From positions 1 to 28,343 of the forward strand of contig CAZJVL010000001.1 in assembly GCA_964549875.1 (NCBI GenBank): a stretch of 28,343 nt of DNA, written 5' to 3'. Positions 1 through 9,006 of the stretch are shown piece by piece. The translations under genes were made by a program, and so were the position numbers. The stretch is from an uncultured Candidatus Saccharibacteria bacterium. Its GTDB lineage: Bacteria > Patescibacteriota > Minisyncoccia > UBA6257. The notes under the pieces are model-generated. The model was not told where the DNA came from. It worked only from the letters and a program-made list of their open reading frames with translations, and searched no databases. Position 1 is the stretch's first letter; every line of letters starts with the position of its first letter.

Positions 1-20
1 ATTTTTAAATAAATCCTTGA

Positions 21-110
21 TTCATAATTCATAATTCATAATTCATAATTCATAACACTTGATTCTTAATTCTAATTGTGGGTTTTGAGTTTTGAGATTT
101 GAGATTTGAG
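21..110. repeat. Heptamer tandem arrays: (TTCATAA)x5 at 21-55 and (T/A)TTTGAG x4 at 83-110
   Basis: Read directly from the sequence; lies immediately upstream of trmD. The same (TTCATAA)x5 occurs at 10646-10680. Confidence 0.95.
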
Positions 111-121
111 TTATTATTATC

Positions 122-802
122 ATGCGCTTTGATATTCTTACAATTTTTCCAGAAGTTTTCAAAAATTATTTTGATACATCCATTATTAAAAGAGCGCAAT
201 CAAAAAAGATAATAGAGATTTATATTCACAATCTTAGGGATTGGACGACTGATTCTCACCAAAGCGTTGATGACGCTCCTTATGGCGGCGGCAAGGGAAT
301 GATTTTTAAAGTAGAGCCGATTTTTAAGGCGGTGAAGGATTTAAAAAAAGGACAGAGCAAACAAGGCGCAAAATACCGCATTATCCTTTTCTCTCCTAAA
401 GGGAAAAAACTGAATCAATCACGGGTAAAAAAATTAACCCGATATAAAAGATTAATTTTGATTTGCCCTCGTTATGAAGGGGTAGACGAAAGAGTGGCAA
501 AATATATCGCCGATGAAGAGATTTCAATTGGCGACTATATCCTGACTGGAGGAGAGTTGCCGGCAATGGTTTTAGTTGATAGTATAACCCGTTTACTGCC
601 GGGGGTGATTAACAAAGAATCTTTATTGGAAGAATCTTTTAATATTAAAAATTTAGGCGAGTACCCCCAATATACTAGACCAGCAATTTTTTACCCTAAC
701 AAAAAAAACAAAAAGATAGCTTGGCGAGTTCCAAAGACCCTACTTTCTGGCAATCATAAGAAAATTCAGCAGTGGCAACAGAAGCATATGGCCAGTAATT
801 AG
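122..802 (+). CDS. trmD: tRNA (guanine-N1)-methyltransferase TrmD
   Basis: Motifs [56 protein letters not shown]. Confidence 0.98.
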   Translation: MRFDILTIFPEVFKNYFDTSIIKRAQSKKIIEIYIHNLRDWTTDSHQSVDDAPYGGGKGMIFKVEPIFKAVKDLKKGQSKQGAKYRIILFSPKGKKLNQSRVKKLTRYKRLILICPRYEGVDERVAKYIADEEISIGDYILTGGELPAMVLVDSITRLLPGVINKESLLEESFNIKNLGEYPQYTRPAIFYPNKKNKKIAWRVPKTLLSGNHKKIQQWQQKHMASN

Positions 803-834
803 CATTCTGTAAATAGTATCCAAAATACAGAACT

Positions 835-1050
835 ATGATCATTCTTTCTTTTAAAGTAAAAAGACAGAAACATCAAATTCGCGTTGAAAGAGGGGAAGAT
901 TTGCTGCTTTCCCTTGACAAATTTTGTAAAAAGCATAAAATAGAAAAAGCAAGTATCAAAAATTGGCAGTTAAGTTATTATCAACAAAAAAGTATTATTT
1001 CCAAAAGAATTGCTCAATCTATTTTTGACGCTTTAAAAATTGCAGCCTAA
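835..1050 (+). CDS. Small basic hypothetical protein resembling an N-terminal fragment of TsaB/YeaZ
   Basis: 71-aa ORF co-oriented between trmD and rpoB. EDLLLSLDKFCKKHKI...SKRIAQSIFDAL recalls TsaB LLPxIDxLL...LRIG..AKAL, but the GPGSFTG motif is missing. Similarity judged by eye. Confidence 0.55.
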   Translation: MIILSFKVKRQKHQIRVERGEDLLLSLDKFCKKHKIEKASIKNWQLSYYQQKSIISKRIAQSIFDALKIAA

Positions 1051-1118
1051 TTCTAAATTTAGGATTATTTTTATTCCTCCTTTTTCTAATATTTTTTACG
1101 TTTAAGTAAGCTTTTTTA

Positions 1119-4100
1119 ATGATGAGCCAGCCAATAATAAAAAATTTTTCCCGTTATTCCCGGAAAATTTTAGAGCCCCCGCGTCTGACTGAATTTCAGT
1201 TGGATTCTTTCACCTGGTTTTTGGAACAAGGAATTAAAGAAGTTTTTGATGAGTTATTGCCAATAAAAGATTACACTGGCAAAGATTTAGAATTGGGGTT
1301 TGTTGATTACTATCTCGAGTCTCCAAAAATATCAGAAAATCAGGCAAAAGAAAAAGGATTAACTTATGATGCGGCTTTGAGGGTAAAGTTAAAATTGACG
1401 AATAAAAAATTAGGCGTTGTCAGAACAGAAGAGGGGATTTATTTCGGGGAAATTCCGATGATGACTCCACGAGGGACTTTTATTATCAATGGAGTTGAGA
1501 AAGTTGTTATCTCTCAAATTAATCGTTCGCCGGGAATATATTTTACTTCTTCCAAGTTGAAAGGGAGAAAGTTTTTTAATGCTAAATTAATTCCCAATCA
1601 TGGAGCTTGGTTGGAATTTGAAACTGATAATGACGGAGCTTTGGGCGTTAAAATAGATCGTAAAAGAAAAGTGGCCGTGACAACGCTTTTAAGAATTTTT
1701 GGTTTGGAAAATGATAAAGATATAAAGCAGGCATTTAAAGAAGAAGAAGAAAAATCGCCAGTAAAATATATTGAGAGTACTTTGAAAAAGGATTTGGCCT
1801 CAAATAAAGAAGAAGGTTATATCGAGGTTTATCGTCACTTACGGCCCGGAGAATTAGCTACCTTTGATAACGCTGCTGATTTAATTAACAATATGTTTTT
1901 TCGAAGAGATAGATATGATTTAGCTAAAGTTGGAAGATACAAAATCAATCAACGACTGGGGCTGAATGTTCCTTTTGATCAAAGAAGTTTAACTCAAGAA
2001 GATTTAGTGGCTATTATCAAGGAGATGATTCGCTTAAATAATGATGAGGAAGCATTGGAAGATGATATTGATCATTTAGGAAACCGGAGAGTGAAGGCAG
2101 TGGGGGAAATCTTAACTGAGAGATTCAGGGTAGGATTAATGAGGATGCGAAGAACTATTCAGGACAGAATGGCTATTTTAGATCCTGAAAATTTGACCGC
2201 GGGGCAGCTAATTAATCCCCATCAATTAGTTTCTGTTATCCGGGAATTTTTTAATGTTTCTCAGCTTTGCCAATTTATGGAGCAAATGAATATGCTTTCT
2301 GAGGTTGAGCACAAAAGAAGAGTTACTTGCATGGGGCCGGGTGGTTTAGTTAGGGAAAGAGCGGGATTAGATGTCAGGGATATTCATATAAGTCATTATG
2401 GACGTTTATGTCCTATTCAAACTCCTGAAGGACAAAATATAGGATTGGTCCTTTCTTTGGCTCTCTACGCCCGGTTAAACGAATTTGGCTTTATTGAAAC
2501 TCCATATATTAAAGTGAAAAATAATCAGATTACTGGAGAATTAATTTGGTTAGACGCTTTTGAAGAATTAAAATACAAAATCGCTCATAGCGCCGTTGAA
2601 ATTGATGAAAATGGGAGGATAAAAGAAAAGTGGATTGGTGCCAGGGTTAAGGGAGAACCAATGTTGGTTCAAAGTAAAGAAGTTGATTTAATGGATGTTT
2701 CCTGCCAACAGATTATCTCGGCGGCAGTTAGTTTAATTCCTTTCTTAGAGCATGATGAATCCAACAGAGCTCTTATGGGCGCTAATATGCAAAGGCAAGC
2801 AGTTCCTTGTGTTAGGGCGCAAGCACCTCTGGTAGCCACGGGTATTGAATCGAAGATCGCGCTTGAATCAGGTCAATGTTTAATTAGTGAAAGCGACGGG
2901 GTGGTTGAAGAAGTTGATGCCAGCCACATTGTAGTAAGAACTGATGATAAGGGTAAAAATAATAAAGTTGTTTATGAATTAATTAATTTCGGCCGCAGTA
3001 ATAAAAATAGTTGCTTGATGCAAAAACCAATAGTTAAGAAAGGAAACAGAATAAAAAAAGACGATATTTTGGCAGACGGAGCAGCTACTGAAAATGGCGT
3101 TTTAGCTCTGGGCCAAAATTTACTGGTTGCCTTTATGCCCTTTTTTGGCGCTAATTACGAAGATGCGGTAGTTATTTCAGAAAGAGTGTTAAAAAATGAT
3201 TATTTTACATCAGTTTATTTAGAGGAATTTATTTGTGATGTGATTGAGACTAAATTAGGTCCGGAAACAACAACACGAGATATTCCTAATGTTTCTGAAG
3301 AAAAATTAAAAAATTTAGATGAAGAAGGAATAGTTAGGATTGGGGCTGAAGTACGCGGCGGCGATATTTTAGTAGGTAAAATTTCTCCAAAAGGTAAAGC
3401 AGAATTAACTTCTGAAGAAAGATTGCTTCAGGCTATTTTTGGAGAACAGATGAAAGATATCAAGGATACATCTTTAATATTAGAACCCTCACGTCAAGGA
3501 CGAGTTGTGAGAATAAAAGTTCTTTCTCGTAAAGAAGGAGATAAGTTGAATATCGGCGTCATAAAAAGAATCAGCGTTGAAATTGCTGAATTGAGAAATG
3601 TAATGGTTGGCGATAAATTAGCCGGACGTCATGGAAACAAAGGAGTTATTTCGGTCATTGTTCCGGAAGAAGATATGCCTTATTTGGAAGACGGGACTCC
3701 GGTAGATGTAATTTTGAATCCTTTGGGTATTGGCAGTCGAATGAATTTGGGGCAAGTTTTTGAGAATCATCTGGGTTTGGCGGCAAAAAAGTTAGGTTAT
3801 CAGGCTATTAGCCCTTCTTTAGATGGCGCCACCGAAGAAGATATTAAACAAGAGTTAATTAAAGCCGGTCTGCCAGAGGATGGAAAAGTTGTCTTATATA
3901 ATGGAAAAACTGGAGAACCTTTTGATAAAAAAGTGGCTGTGGGAATGATGTATTTGATGAAACTAGAGCATATGGTAAAAGATAAGGTCCATATGCGGGC
4001 AATTGGGTCGTATTCTTTGATTACGCAACAGCCGCTGCAAGGAAGGGCGCATCATGGAGGCCAAAGATTTGGAGAAATGGAGGTTTGGGCTTTAGAAGGT

Positions 4101-4343
4101 TATGGTTCGGCTTATACTTTACAAGAAATGTTGACAATTAAATCAGACGATGTTTTCGGAAGAGGAGCGGCTTATGAGGCTATTATTAAAGGGGAAAAAA
4201 TAAAAAGCCCCAGTGTTCCAGCGTCTTTTAATGTTATTTTAAAAGAATTGCAAGCATTGGGTTTATCTGTGAATCTTATCGGAGTTAAAGAAAAAGAAGA
4301 AGAAGAGGAGAATAAAAGAGGAATTGAAGAAATAAGTAAATAA
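1119..4343 (+). CDS. rpoB: DNA-directed RNA polymerase subunit beta
   Basis: PMMTPRGTFIINGVEKV, HKRR..GPGGL, RALMGANMQRQAVP, GDKLAGRHGNKGV, GGQRFGEMEVWALE. Start is 1119 or 1122. Confidence 0.99.
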   Translation: MMSQPIIKNFSRYSRKILEPPRLTEFQLDSFTWFLEQGIKEVFDELLPIKDYTGKDLELGFVDYYLESPKISENQAKEKGLTYDAALRVKLKLTNKKLGVVRTEEGIYFGEIPMMTPRGTFIINGVEKVVISQINRSPGIYFTSSKLKGRKFFNAKLIPNHGAWLEFETDNDGALGVKIDRKRKVAVTTLLRIFGLENDKDIKQAFKEEEEKSPVKYIESTLKKDLASNKEEGYIEVYRHLRPGELATFDNAADLINNMFFRRDRYDLAKVGRYKINQRLGLNVPFDQRSLTQEDLVAIIKEMIRLNNDEEALEDDIDHLGNRRVKAVGEILTERFRVGLMRMRRTIQDRMAILDPENLTAGQLINPHQLVSVIREFFNVSQLCQFMEQMNMLSEVEHKRRVTCMGPGGLVRERAGLDVRDIHISHYGRLCPIQTPEGQNIGLVLSLALYARLNEFGFIETPYIKVKNNQITGELIWLDAFEELKYKIAHSAVEIDENGRIKEKWIGARVKGEPMLVQSKEVDLMDVSCQQIISAAVSLIPFLEHDESNRALMGANMQRQAVPCVRAQAPLVATGIESKIALESGQCLISESDGVVEEVDASHIVVRTDDKGKNNKVVYELINFGRSNKNSCLMQKPIVKKGNRIKKDDILADGAATENGVLALGQNLLVAFMPFFGANYEDAVVISERVLKNDYFTSVYLEEFICDVIETKLGPETTTRDIPNVSEEKLKNLDEEGIVRIGAEVRGGDILVGKISPKGKAELTSEERLLQAIFGEQMKDIKDTSLILEPSRQGRVVRIKVLSRKEGDKLNIGVIKRISVEIAELRNVMVGDKLAGRHGNKGVISVIVPEEDMPYLEDGTPVDVILNPLGIGSRMNLGQVFENHLGLAAKKLGYQAISPSLDGATEEDIKQELIKAGLPEDGKVVLYNGKTGEPFDKKVAVGMMYLMKLEHMVKDKVHMRAIGSYSLITQQPLQGRAHHGGQRFGEMEVWALEGYGSAYTLQEMLTIKSDDVFGRGAAYEAIIKGEKIKSPSVPASFNVILKELQALGLSVNLIGVKEKEEEEENKRGIEEISK

Positions 4344-4350
4344 ATAATTT

Positions 4351-7300
4351 ATGATTAAAGATACTGAGACAAAAATCAGTGATTTTGAGGCCTTGAGTTT
4401 AAAACTGGCTTCTCCAGAAGAGATTTTATCGTGGTCATATAACGAGAAGACAAAATCTTACGGGGAGGTTACTAAGGCCGAGACACTTAATTATCGCACT
4501 CAGAAACCGGAAAAAGAGGGTTTATTTTCCGAGCAAATTTTTGGGCCAGTCAAAGATTATGAATGTGCTTGCGGCAAATATCGCGGAGCTCATTACAAGG
4601 GGATCGTTTGCGACCGCTGTGGAGTAGAGGTAACCCGTTCTTTTGTGAGGCGCGAAAAGATGGGCCATATTAAATTAGCAACACCAGTGGCTCATATTTG
4701 GTTTTTACGAAGTGTCCCATCGCGAATCGGGTTAATTCTAAATATCCCAGTATTGCCCTTAGAGAAGGTTGTCTATTATAACAGTTATATTGTTACTTCG
4801 GTTGATGAAGAAGCTAAAAAAAGAGTCGCCGCAGAGATTGAATCAGAGTATCAGGCAAAATTAAAAACTTGGCCTCTCCAAAAAAAGAAAGAATTAGAAG
4901 AATCTAGAAGTCAAACAAGGGCAGAGCTGGAGGCAATTAAATTAAAAGCCATTTTTTCTGAAATTGATTATATCAGCTTATCAAAAAAATATGGTGAAGT
5001 TTTTACCGCAGAAACAGGAAGCGAACCGATAAGAAGGTTTCTGGAGCAAATAGATTTAGAGAAATTAGTAAAAGAATTAGAGGGGCAAATAGAGAAAAAA
5101 TCTAAAAATATCGATAAAAAGATTCTCGCTCGTTTAAAATTAGCGAGAGGGTTTTTGAAATCACAAACACGGCCAGAATGGATGTTTTTGACAGTGCTGC
5201 CTGTCTTGCCACCAGATTTAAGACCAATGGTTCAGTTGGACGGAGGAAAGTTTGCCACGTCTGATCTCAATGATCTTTATCGGCGGGTTATTAACCGTAA
5301 TGTTCGTTTGGTAAAGCTGATAGAGCTTAAAGCCCCAGAAGTGATTATCAAAAACGAGAAAAGAATGCTTCAAGAAGCAGTTGATGCTTTGATTGACAAT
5401 TCAATAAGGAAAACATCAGGAACAACTCCAATGCATTCATCTCAGCATCGTCCTTTACGGTCTTTGGCTGATATTTTACAAGGTAAACAAGGTCGTTTCC
5501 GCCAAAATCTTTTGGGAAAAAGAGTAGATTATTCAGGGCGTTCGGTAATTGTTATTGGCCCGCAATTAAAAATTGATGAATGCGGCATTCCAAAAAGAAT
5601 GGCTTTGGAATTATTTAAACCTTTTGTTGCCAGTGAATTAATTAAAAAAGAAATTGTTTTTAATCCCCGAGGCGCTAATCGTTTTATAGAAGAAGGCTCG
5701 GATATTGTTTGGGAGATATTAGAAAAAATAGTTAAAGATAAATATGTTTTATTAAATAGGGCGCCGACATTGCATCGTTTGAGCATTCAGGCATTCAAAC
5801 CAAAGTTAATTGAGGGTTTGGCGATTCAAATTCCAGCGTTGGTAACGCCTCCTTTTAATGCTGATTTTGATGGAGATCAAATGGCAGTTCACCTCCCTTT
5901 ATCCGAAGAAGCGCAGAGAGAGTGTGAAACAAGAATGATGTCTCATTTAGGATTATTGAAACCAGCTAATGGCGAGCCGGCAATGTTGCCCCGTCATGAA
6001 ATGGTTGCTGGTATTTATTGGCTGACAATGGAGAAAATTGAAGACGAAAATGAAAAGAAGCTGGATAAAAAGGAAAAGGTTTTTTCCAATGAGAGAGAGG
6101 CCTTGTTAGCATATGAATACAAAAAAATAGGGCTTCAGGAAACAATCAAAACACGGGTAGCTAAAGAAAATAATCAGTTAACGACAACGACAGTGGGGAG
6201 AATTATTTTCAACGAAGTTTTACCAGAAGATTTTCCTTTTTTCAATAAGCAATTGACAACCAAAGAAATAAAACAAATTACCAAAGAAATAATTCACCAT
6301 TATCGGGATTTTAAAAAGAGCGCCAAAATTTTAGATGCAATAAAAGATTTGGGTTTCTACTACGCAACTTTATCCGGTCTTTCTTGGGGGCTTACTGATT
6401 TAAAAATTCCCCCAGAGAAGCAGTCCATTTTAACCGAGGCCTCAAAAAAAGCAGAAGAAATAATAAATCAATATAAGGAAGGTTTTCTTACTGCTGAGGA
6501 AAAAAAGGTTTTAACGGAGACAGAATGGAGGCGTGCTGTAAGCCAATTATCAAATTTTATTCCAAACGCTTTGAAAAAGGATGACCCAGTTTATATTTTC
6601 TTTGATTCTGGCGCTAAAGGTAATTGGGGAGTGGCTGTTCAGATAATGGGAATGAAAGGGCTGGTGGTTAATCCGGCAGGCCGATTAATAGAGATGCCTA
6701 TTTTATCTTCTCATCAGGAAGGATTTAATGTTCTTGAATATTTTGCTGCTTCGCATGGTGGGAGAAAAGGATTAGCAGATACGGCGCTGAAAACTTCTTT
6801 TGCTGGTTACCTGACAAGAAGATTGGTAGATGTTGCCCAAGAGATTTTGGTTAAAGAAGAAGATTGCCGAAGTAAAGAGGGGCTTATTATAAATAAAAAG
6901 GAATGTGAAGCAGAAGGTGATAGTTTTGAAAAAAGAATTTTTGGAAGATTTATCGCTCAGGATATAGTTGATAAAAATGGAAAAATAATTCTGAAATCAG
7001 GGGAGCTGATTGATGAAGAAAATATTGAAAAAATATTAAATTCACAAGTGGAGTCAGTAGTTGTTCGCTCTCCTTTGACTTGCGGAACTTTAAATGGTGT
7101 CTGCCAAAAATGTTATGGCATTGATTTGGCTTGGAGGAAACCGATTGATTTAGGAGAAGCTGTTGGTGTTGTTGCTGCCCAATCTATTGGTGAACCGGGA
7201 ACGCAATTAACCTTAAGAACTTTTCATACCGGCGGCGTGGCTCAGGCAATTGATATTACTCAAGGATTACCGAGGGTAGAAGAGATTTTTGAAGCGCGAA

Positions 7301-7956
7301 TTCCAAAAGGAGAAGCGCCTTTGAGCGAGGTTGAGGGCACAGTTATCGATATCAAAAAAGCCAATCACCAAAAACATATTGTTATAAAATCAAAAGATAA
7401 AAAATCTTTAACTATTCAATACTCGGTCCCGGAGAAAGTCACTCTTTGGGTTAAAGAGGGGGATTTGGTAAAGAAAGGAGATCAACTTTGTGAAGGAAAT
7501 ATCAATTTAAAAAAACTTTTAAAAATTTCAGGGAGAGATGTCTGCCAGCAGTATATCTTGAAAGAAGTAAAGAAAGTATATAATATTGCCGGAGAAGATA
7601 TTAATGAGAAACATTTTGAAATTATAATCAAACAGATGTTTTCCCGGGTAAAAATAACATCCAAAGGAAATAGTGAATTTATTCCCGGAGAAATAGTTTC
7701 CAAGAGGGCTTTTCAAGAAGTGTCGCAAAATTTAAAAGATCATGGGAAAATTCCTCCCAAGGCAGAAGAAGTATTAATGGGTGTTAAAAATGTCGCCCTT
7801 AATTCAGAGAGCTTTTTATCAGCGGCTTCTTTCCAGGAAACCTCTCGGGTTCTCATCAGAGCAGCAATAGAAGGTCAAAAGGATTATTTGAAAGGGTTGA
7901 AAGAAAACGTCATTATTGGCAGATTGATTCCTGCTGGGACAGGGTTTAGAGAGTAA
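4351..7956 (+). CDS. rpoC: DNA-directed RNA polymerase subunit beta'
   Basis: Zn ribbon CACGK..CDRC, GRFRQNLLGKRVDYSGRS, catalytic NADFDGD, GEPGTQLTLRTFH, GLKENVIIGRLIPAGTG. Confidence 0.99.
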   Translation: MIKDTETKISDFEALSLKLASPEEILSWSYNEKTKSYGEVTKAETLNYRTQKPEKEGLFSEQIFGPVKDYECACGKYRGAHYKGIVCDRCGVEVTRSFVRREKMGHIKLATPVAHIWFLRSVPSRIGLILNIPVLPLEKVVYYNSYIVTSVDEEAKKRVAAEIESEYQAKLKTWPLQKKKELEESRSQTRAELEAIKLKAIFSEIDYISLSKKYGEVFTAETGSEPIRRFLEQIDLEKLVKELEGQIEKKSKNIDKKILARLKLARGFLKSQTRPEWMFLTVLPVLPPDLRPMVQLDGGKFATSDLNDLYRRVINRNVRLVKLIELKAPEVIIKNEKRMLQEAVDALIDNSIRKTSGTTPMHSSQHRPLRSLADILQGKQGRFRQNLLGKRVDYSGRSVIVIGPQLKIDECGIPKRMALELFKPFVASELIKKEIVFNPRGANRFIEEGSDIVWEILEKIVKDKYVLLNRAPTLHRLSIQAFKPKLIEGLAIQIPALVTPPFNADFDGDQMAVHLPLSEEAQRECETRMMSHLGLLKPANGEPAMLPRHEMVAGIYWLTMEKIEDENEKKLDKKEKVFSNEREALLAYEYKKIGLQETIKTRVAKENNQLTTTTVGRIIFNEVLPEDFPFFNKQLTTKEIKQITKEIIHHYRDFKKSAKILDAIKDLGFYYATLSGLSWGLTDLKIPPEKQSILTEASKKAEEIINQYKEGFLTAEEKKVLTETEWRRAVSQLSNFIPNALKKDDPVYIFFDSGAKGNWGVAVQIMGMKGLVVNPAGRLIEMPILSSHQEGFNVLEYFAASHGGRKGLADTALKTSFAGYLTRRLVDVAQEILVKEEDCRSKEGLIINKKECEAEGDSFEKRIFGRFIAQDIVDKNGKIILKSGELIDEENIEKILNSQVESVVVRSPLTCGTLNGVCQKCYGIDLAWRKPIDLGEAVGVVAAQSIGEPGTQLTLRTFHTGGVAQAIDITQGLPRVEEIFEARIPKGEAPLSEVEGTVIDIKKANHQKHIVIKSKDKKSLTIQYSVPEKVTLWVKEGDLVKKGDQLCEGNINLKKLLKISGRDVCQQYILKEVKKVYNIAGEDINEKHFEIIIKQMFSRVKITSKGNSEFIPGEIVSKRAFQEVSQNLKDHGKIPPKAEEVLMGVKNVALNSESFLSAASFQETSRVLIRAAIEGQKDYLKGLKENVIIGRLIPAGTGFRE

Positions 7957-7968
7957 GGCGCGGAGGAG

Positions 7969-8158
7969 CAAGGCGAGAAGAAGTTATCTCAAAAACACGC
8001 TATCAAATTCCCCAGCGAGGAATTTGCGCTCGCGCTCGGCCTCGCTCTCTCACTCGCTTCGCCACGTTAGAAGTTTACTTCTAACGTGGCTTCGCTCGTT
8101 CGAACCATGCCCGCTTCGGCCTGCGCGACGGTTTTCTCAACAACTTCTTCTCGCCTTG
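7969..8158. repeat. 190-bp GC-rich nested palindromic element (REP/MITE-like)
   Basis: Perfect 17-bp terminal IR CAAGGCGAGAAGAAGTT (7969-7985 / 8142-8158); internal 8-bp stem 8004-8011 / 8019-8026; perfect 14-bp arms GCCACGTTAGAAGT-TT-ACTTCTAACGTGGC at 8061-8090. Confidence 0.85.
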
Positions 8159-8165
8159 TTAATTG

Positions 8166-8183
8166 TTAAAGTTTGAACTTTAA
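8166..8183. promoter_or_regulatory. Operator-like palindrome TTAAAGTT-TG-AACTTTAA upstream of uppS
   Basis: Perfect 8-bp IR with a 2-nt spacer, 4 nt upstream of a TATAAT (8188-8193). Function is inferred only. Confidence 0.3.
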
Positions 8184-8194
8184 ACAGTATAATA

Positions 8195-8893
8195 ATGAAA
8201 CAATTGAATAATTTATTGCCAAAGCATATCGGTATTATGATTGATGGTAATCGTCGTTGGGCAAAAGCGAGAAAAATGCCCAGTTTTTTGGGCCACAAAA
8301 AAGGAATTGAAAGAGTGGTTGAGATAATTAATTATGCTTTTCAGAAAAAGATTAAGGTCTTAACTTTGTATGGTTTTTCCACAGAGAATTGGAAAAGGTC
8401 AAAAGAGGAGGTTGATTATTTGATGCGTCTCTTTACTGAGTTTGCTAAAAAATACGCCTCCTCTTTTAAAAAGAAAGGGATCCAGTTTCGTCATTTGGGC
8501 AATATTGAGATGCTGCCGCCGAGTTTGCAGAAAGAATTAAAAAAAGCGCAGAGCTTGACGAAAACTAACAGCAAGATGTTTCTAAATATCGCTCTTAGCT
8601 ATGGGGGACGGGATGAAATAGTGAGAGCAGTAAAAGAAATTGTCCATCAAAAAATACCTCCTGAAAAGATAAATGAAAAAGTTATTATGGATCATTTAGA
8701 TACCAAGGGATTACCAGAAGTGGATTTCATTATCAGAACTTCAGGTGAAATGCGTTTATCTAATTTTTTGCCTTTTCAAGGAACCTATGCCGAGTTGTAT
8801 TTTCCAAAAGTTTATTGGCCTGATTTTAACAAAAAACAATTTGATTTAGCCCTGAAAGAATTTCAAAAACGGCAACGTCGTTTTGGAAAATAA
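8195..8893 (+). CDS. uppS: Undecaprenyl/polyprenyl diphosphate synthase (cis-prenyltransferase)
   Basis: PKHIGIMIDGNRRWA, FSTENWKRS, ALSYGGRDEI, IRTSGEMRLSNF, ELYF...WPDF. Confidence 0.97.
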   Translation: MKQLNNLLPKHIGIMIDGNRRWAKARKMPSFLGHKKGIERVVEIINYAFQKKIKVLTLYGFSTENWKRSKEEVDYLMRLFTEFAKKYASSFKKKGIQFRHLGNIEMLPPSLQKELKKAQSLTKTNSKMFLNIALSYGGRDEIVRAVKEIVHQKIPPEKINEKVIMDHLDTKGLPEVDFIIRTSGEMRLSNFLPFQGTYAELYFPKVYWPDFNKKQFDLALKEFQKRQRRFGK

Positions 8894-8903
8894 AATGAGT
8901 TTA

Positions 8904-8912
8904 TGATATAAT
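8904..8912 (+). promoter_or_regulatory. Extended -10 promoter element (TGnTATAAT), probable htrA promoter
   Basis: Perfect TGATATAAT 10 nt after the uppS stop; the -35 candidate is weak (TTGGAA at 8883-8888). Confidence 0.55.
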
Positions 8913-8923
8913 TAGCCAGTAAA

Positions 8924-8996
8924 CTATAAATCCTAAATTCTAAACAAATTACAAATTACAAATTACAAATTACAAACAAATTACAAATTACAAATA
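8924..8996. repeat. Heptamer array (CAAATTA)x4-CAAA-(CAAATTA)x2-CAAATA, preceded by three degenerate units
   Basis: Read directly: core 8945-8996; degenerate CTATAAA/TCCTAAA/TTCTAAA at 8924-8944. Confidence 0.95.
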
Positions 8997-9006
8997 GTTT
9001 AAAAAT

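Noticed and set aside
460-480. TrmD CPRYEG instead of CGRYEG; also ClpB pore loop GTRFRG instead of GAKYRG
   Set aside because: Single substitutions whose rarity cannot be judged without alignments; not enough to claim altered function.
1046-1063. Small CCTAA/TTAGG hairpin before rpoB as a terminator or array remnant
   Set aside because: A 5-bp stem in very AT-rich DNA is expected by chance.
4290-4343. Purine-rich GAA run at the rpoB 3' end
   Set aside because: It encodes an ordinary low-complexity acidic tail (EKEEEEENK).
7957-8194. tRNA or autonomous IS after rpoC
   Set aside because: No cloverleaf or T-loop motif, no transposase ORF, and no target-site duplication around 7969-8158.
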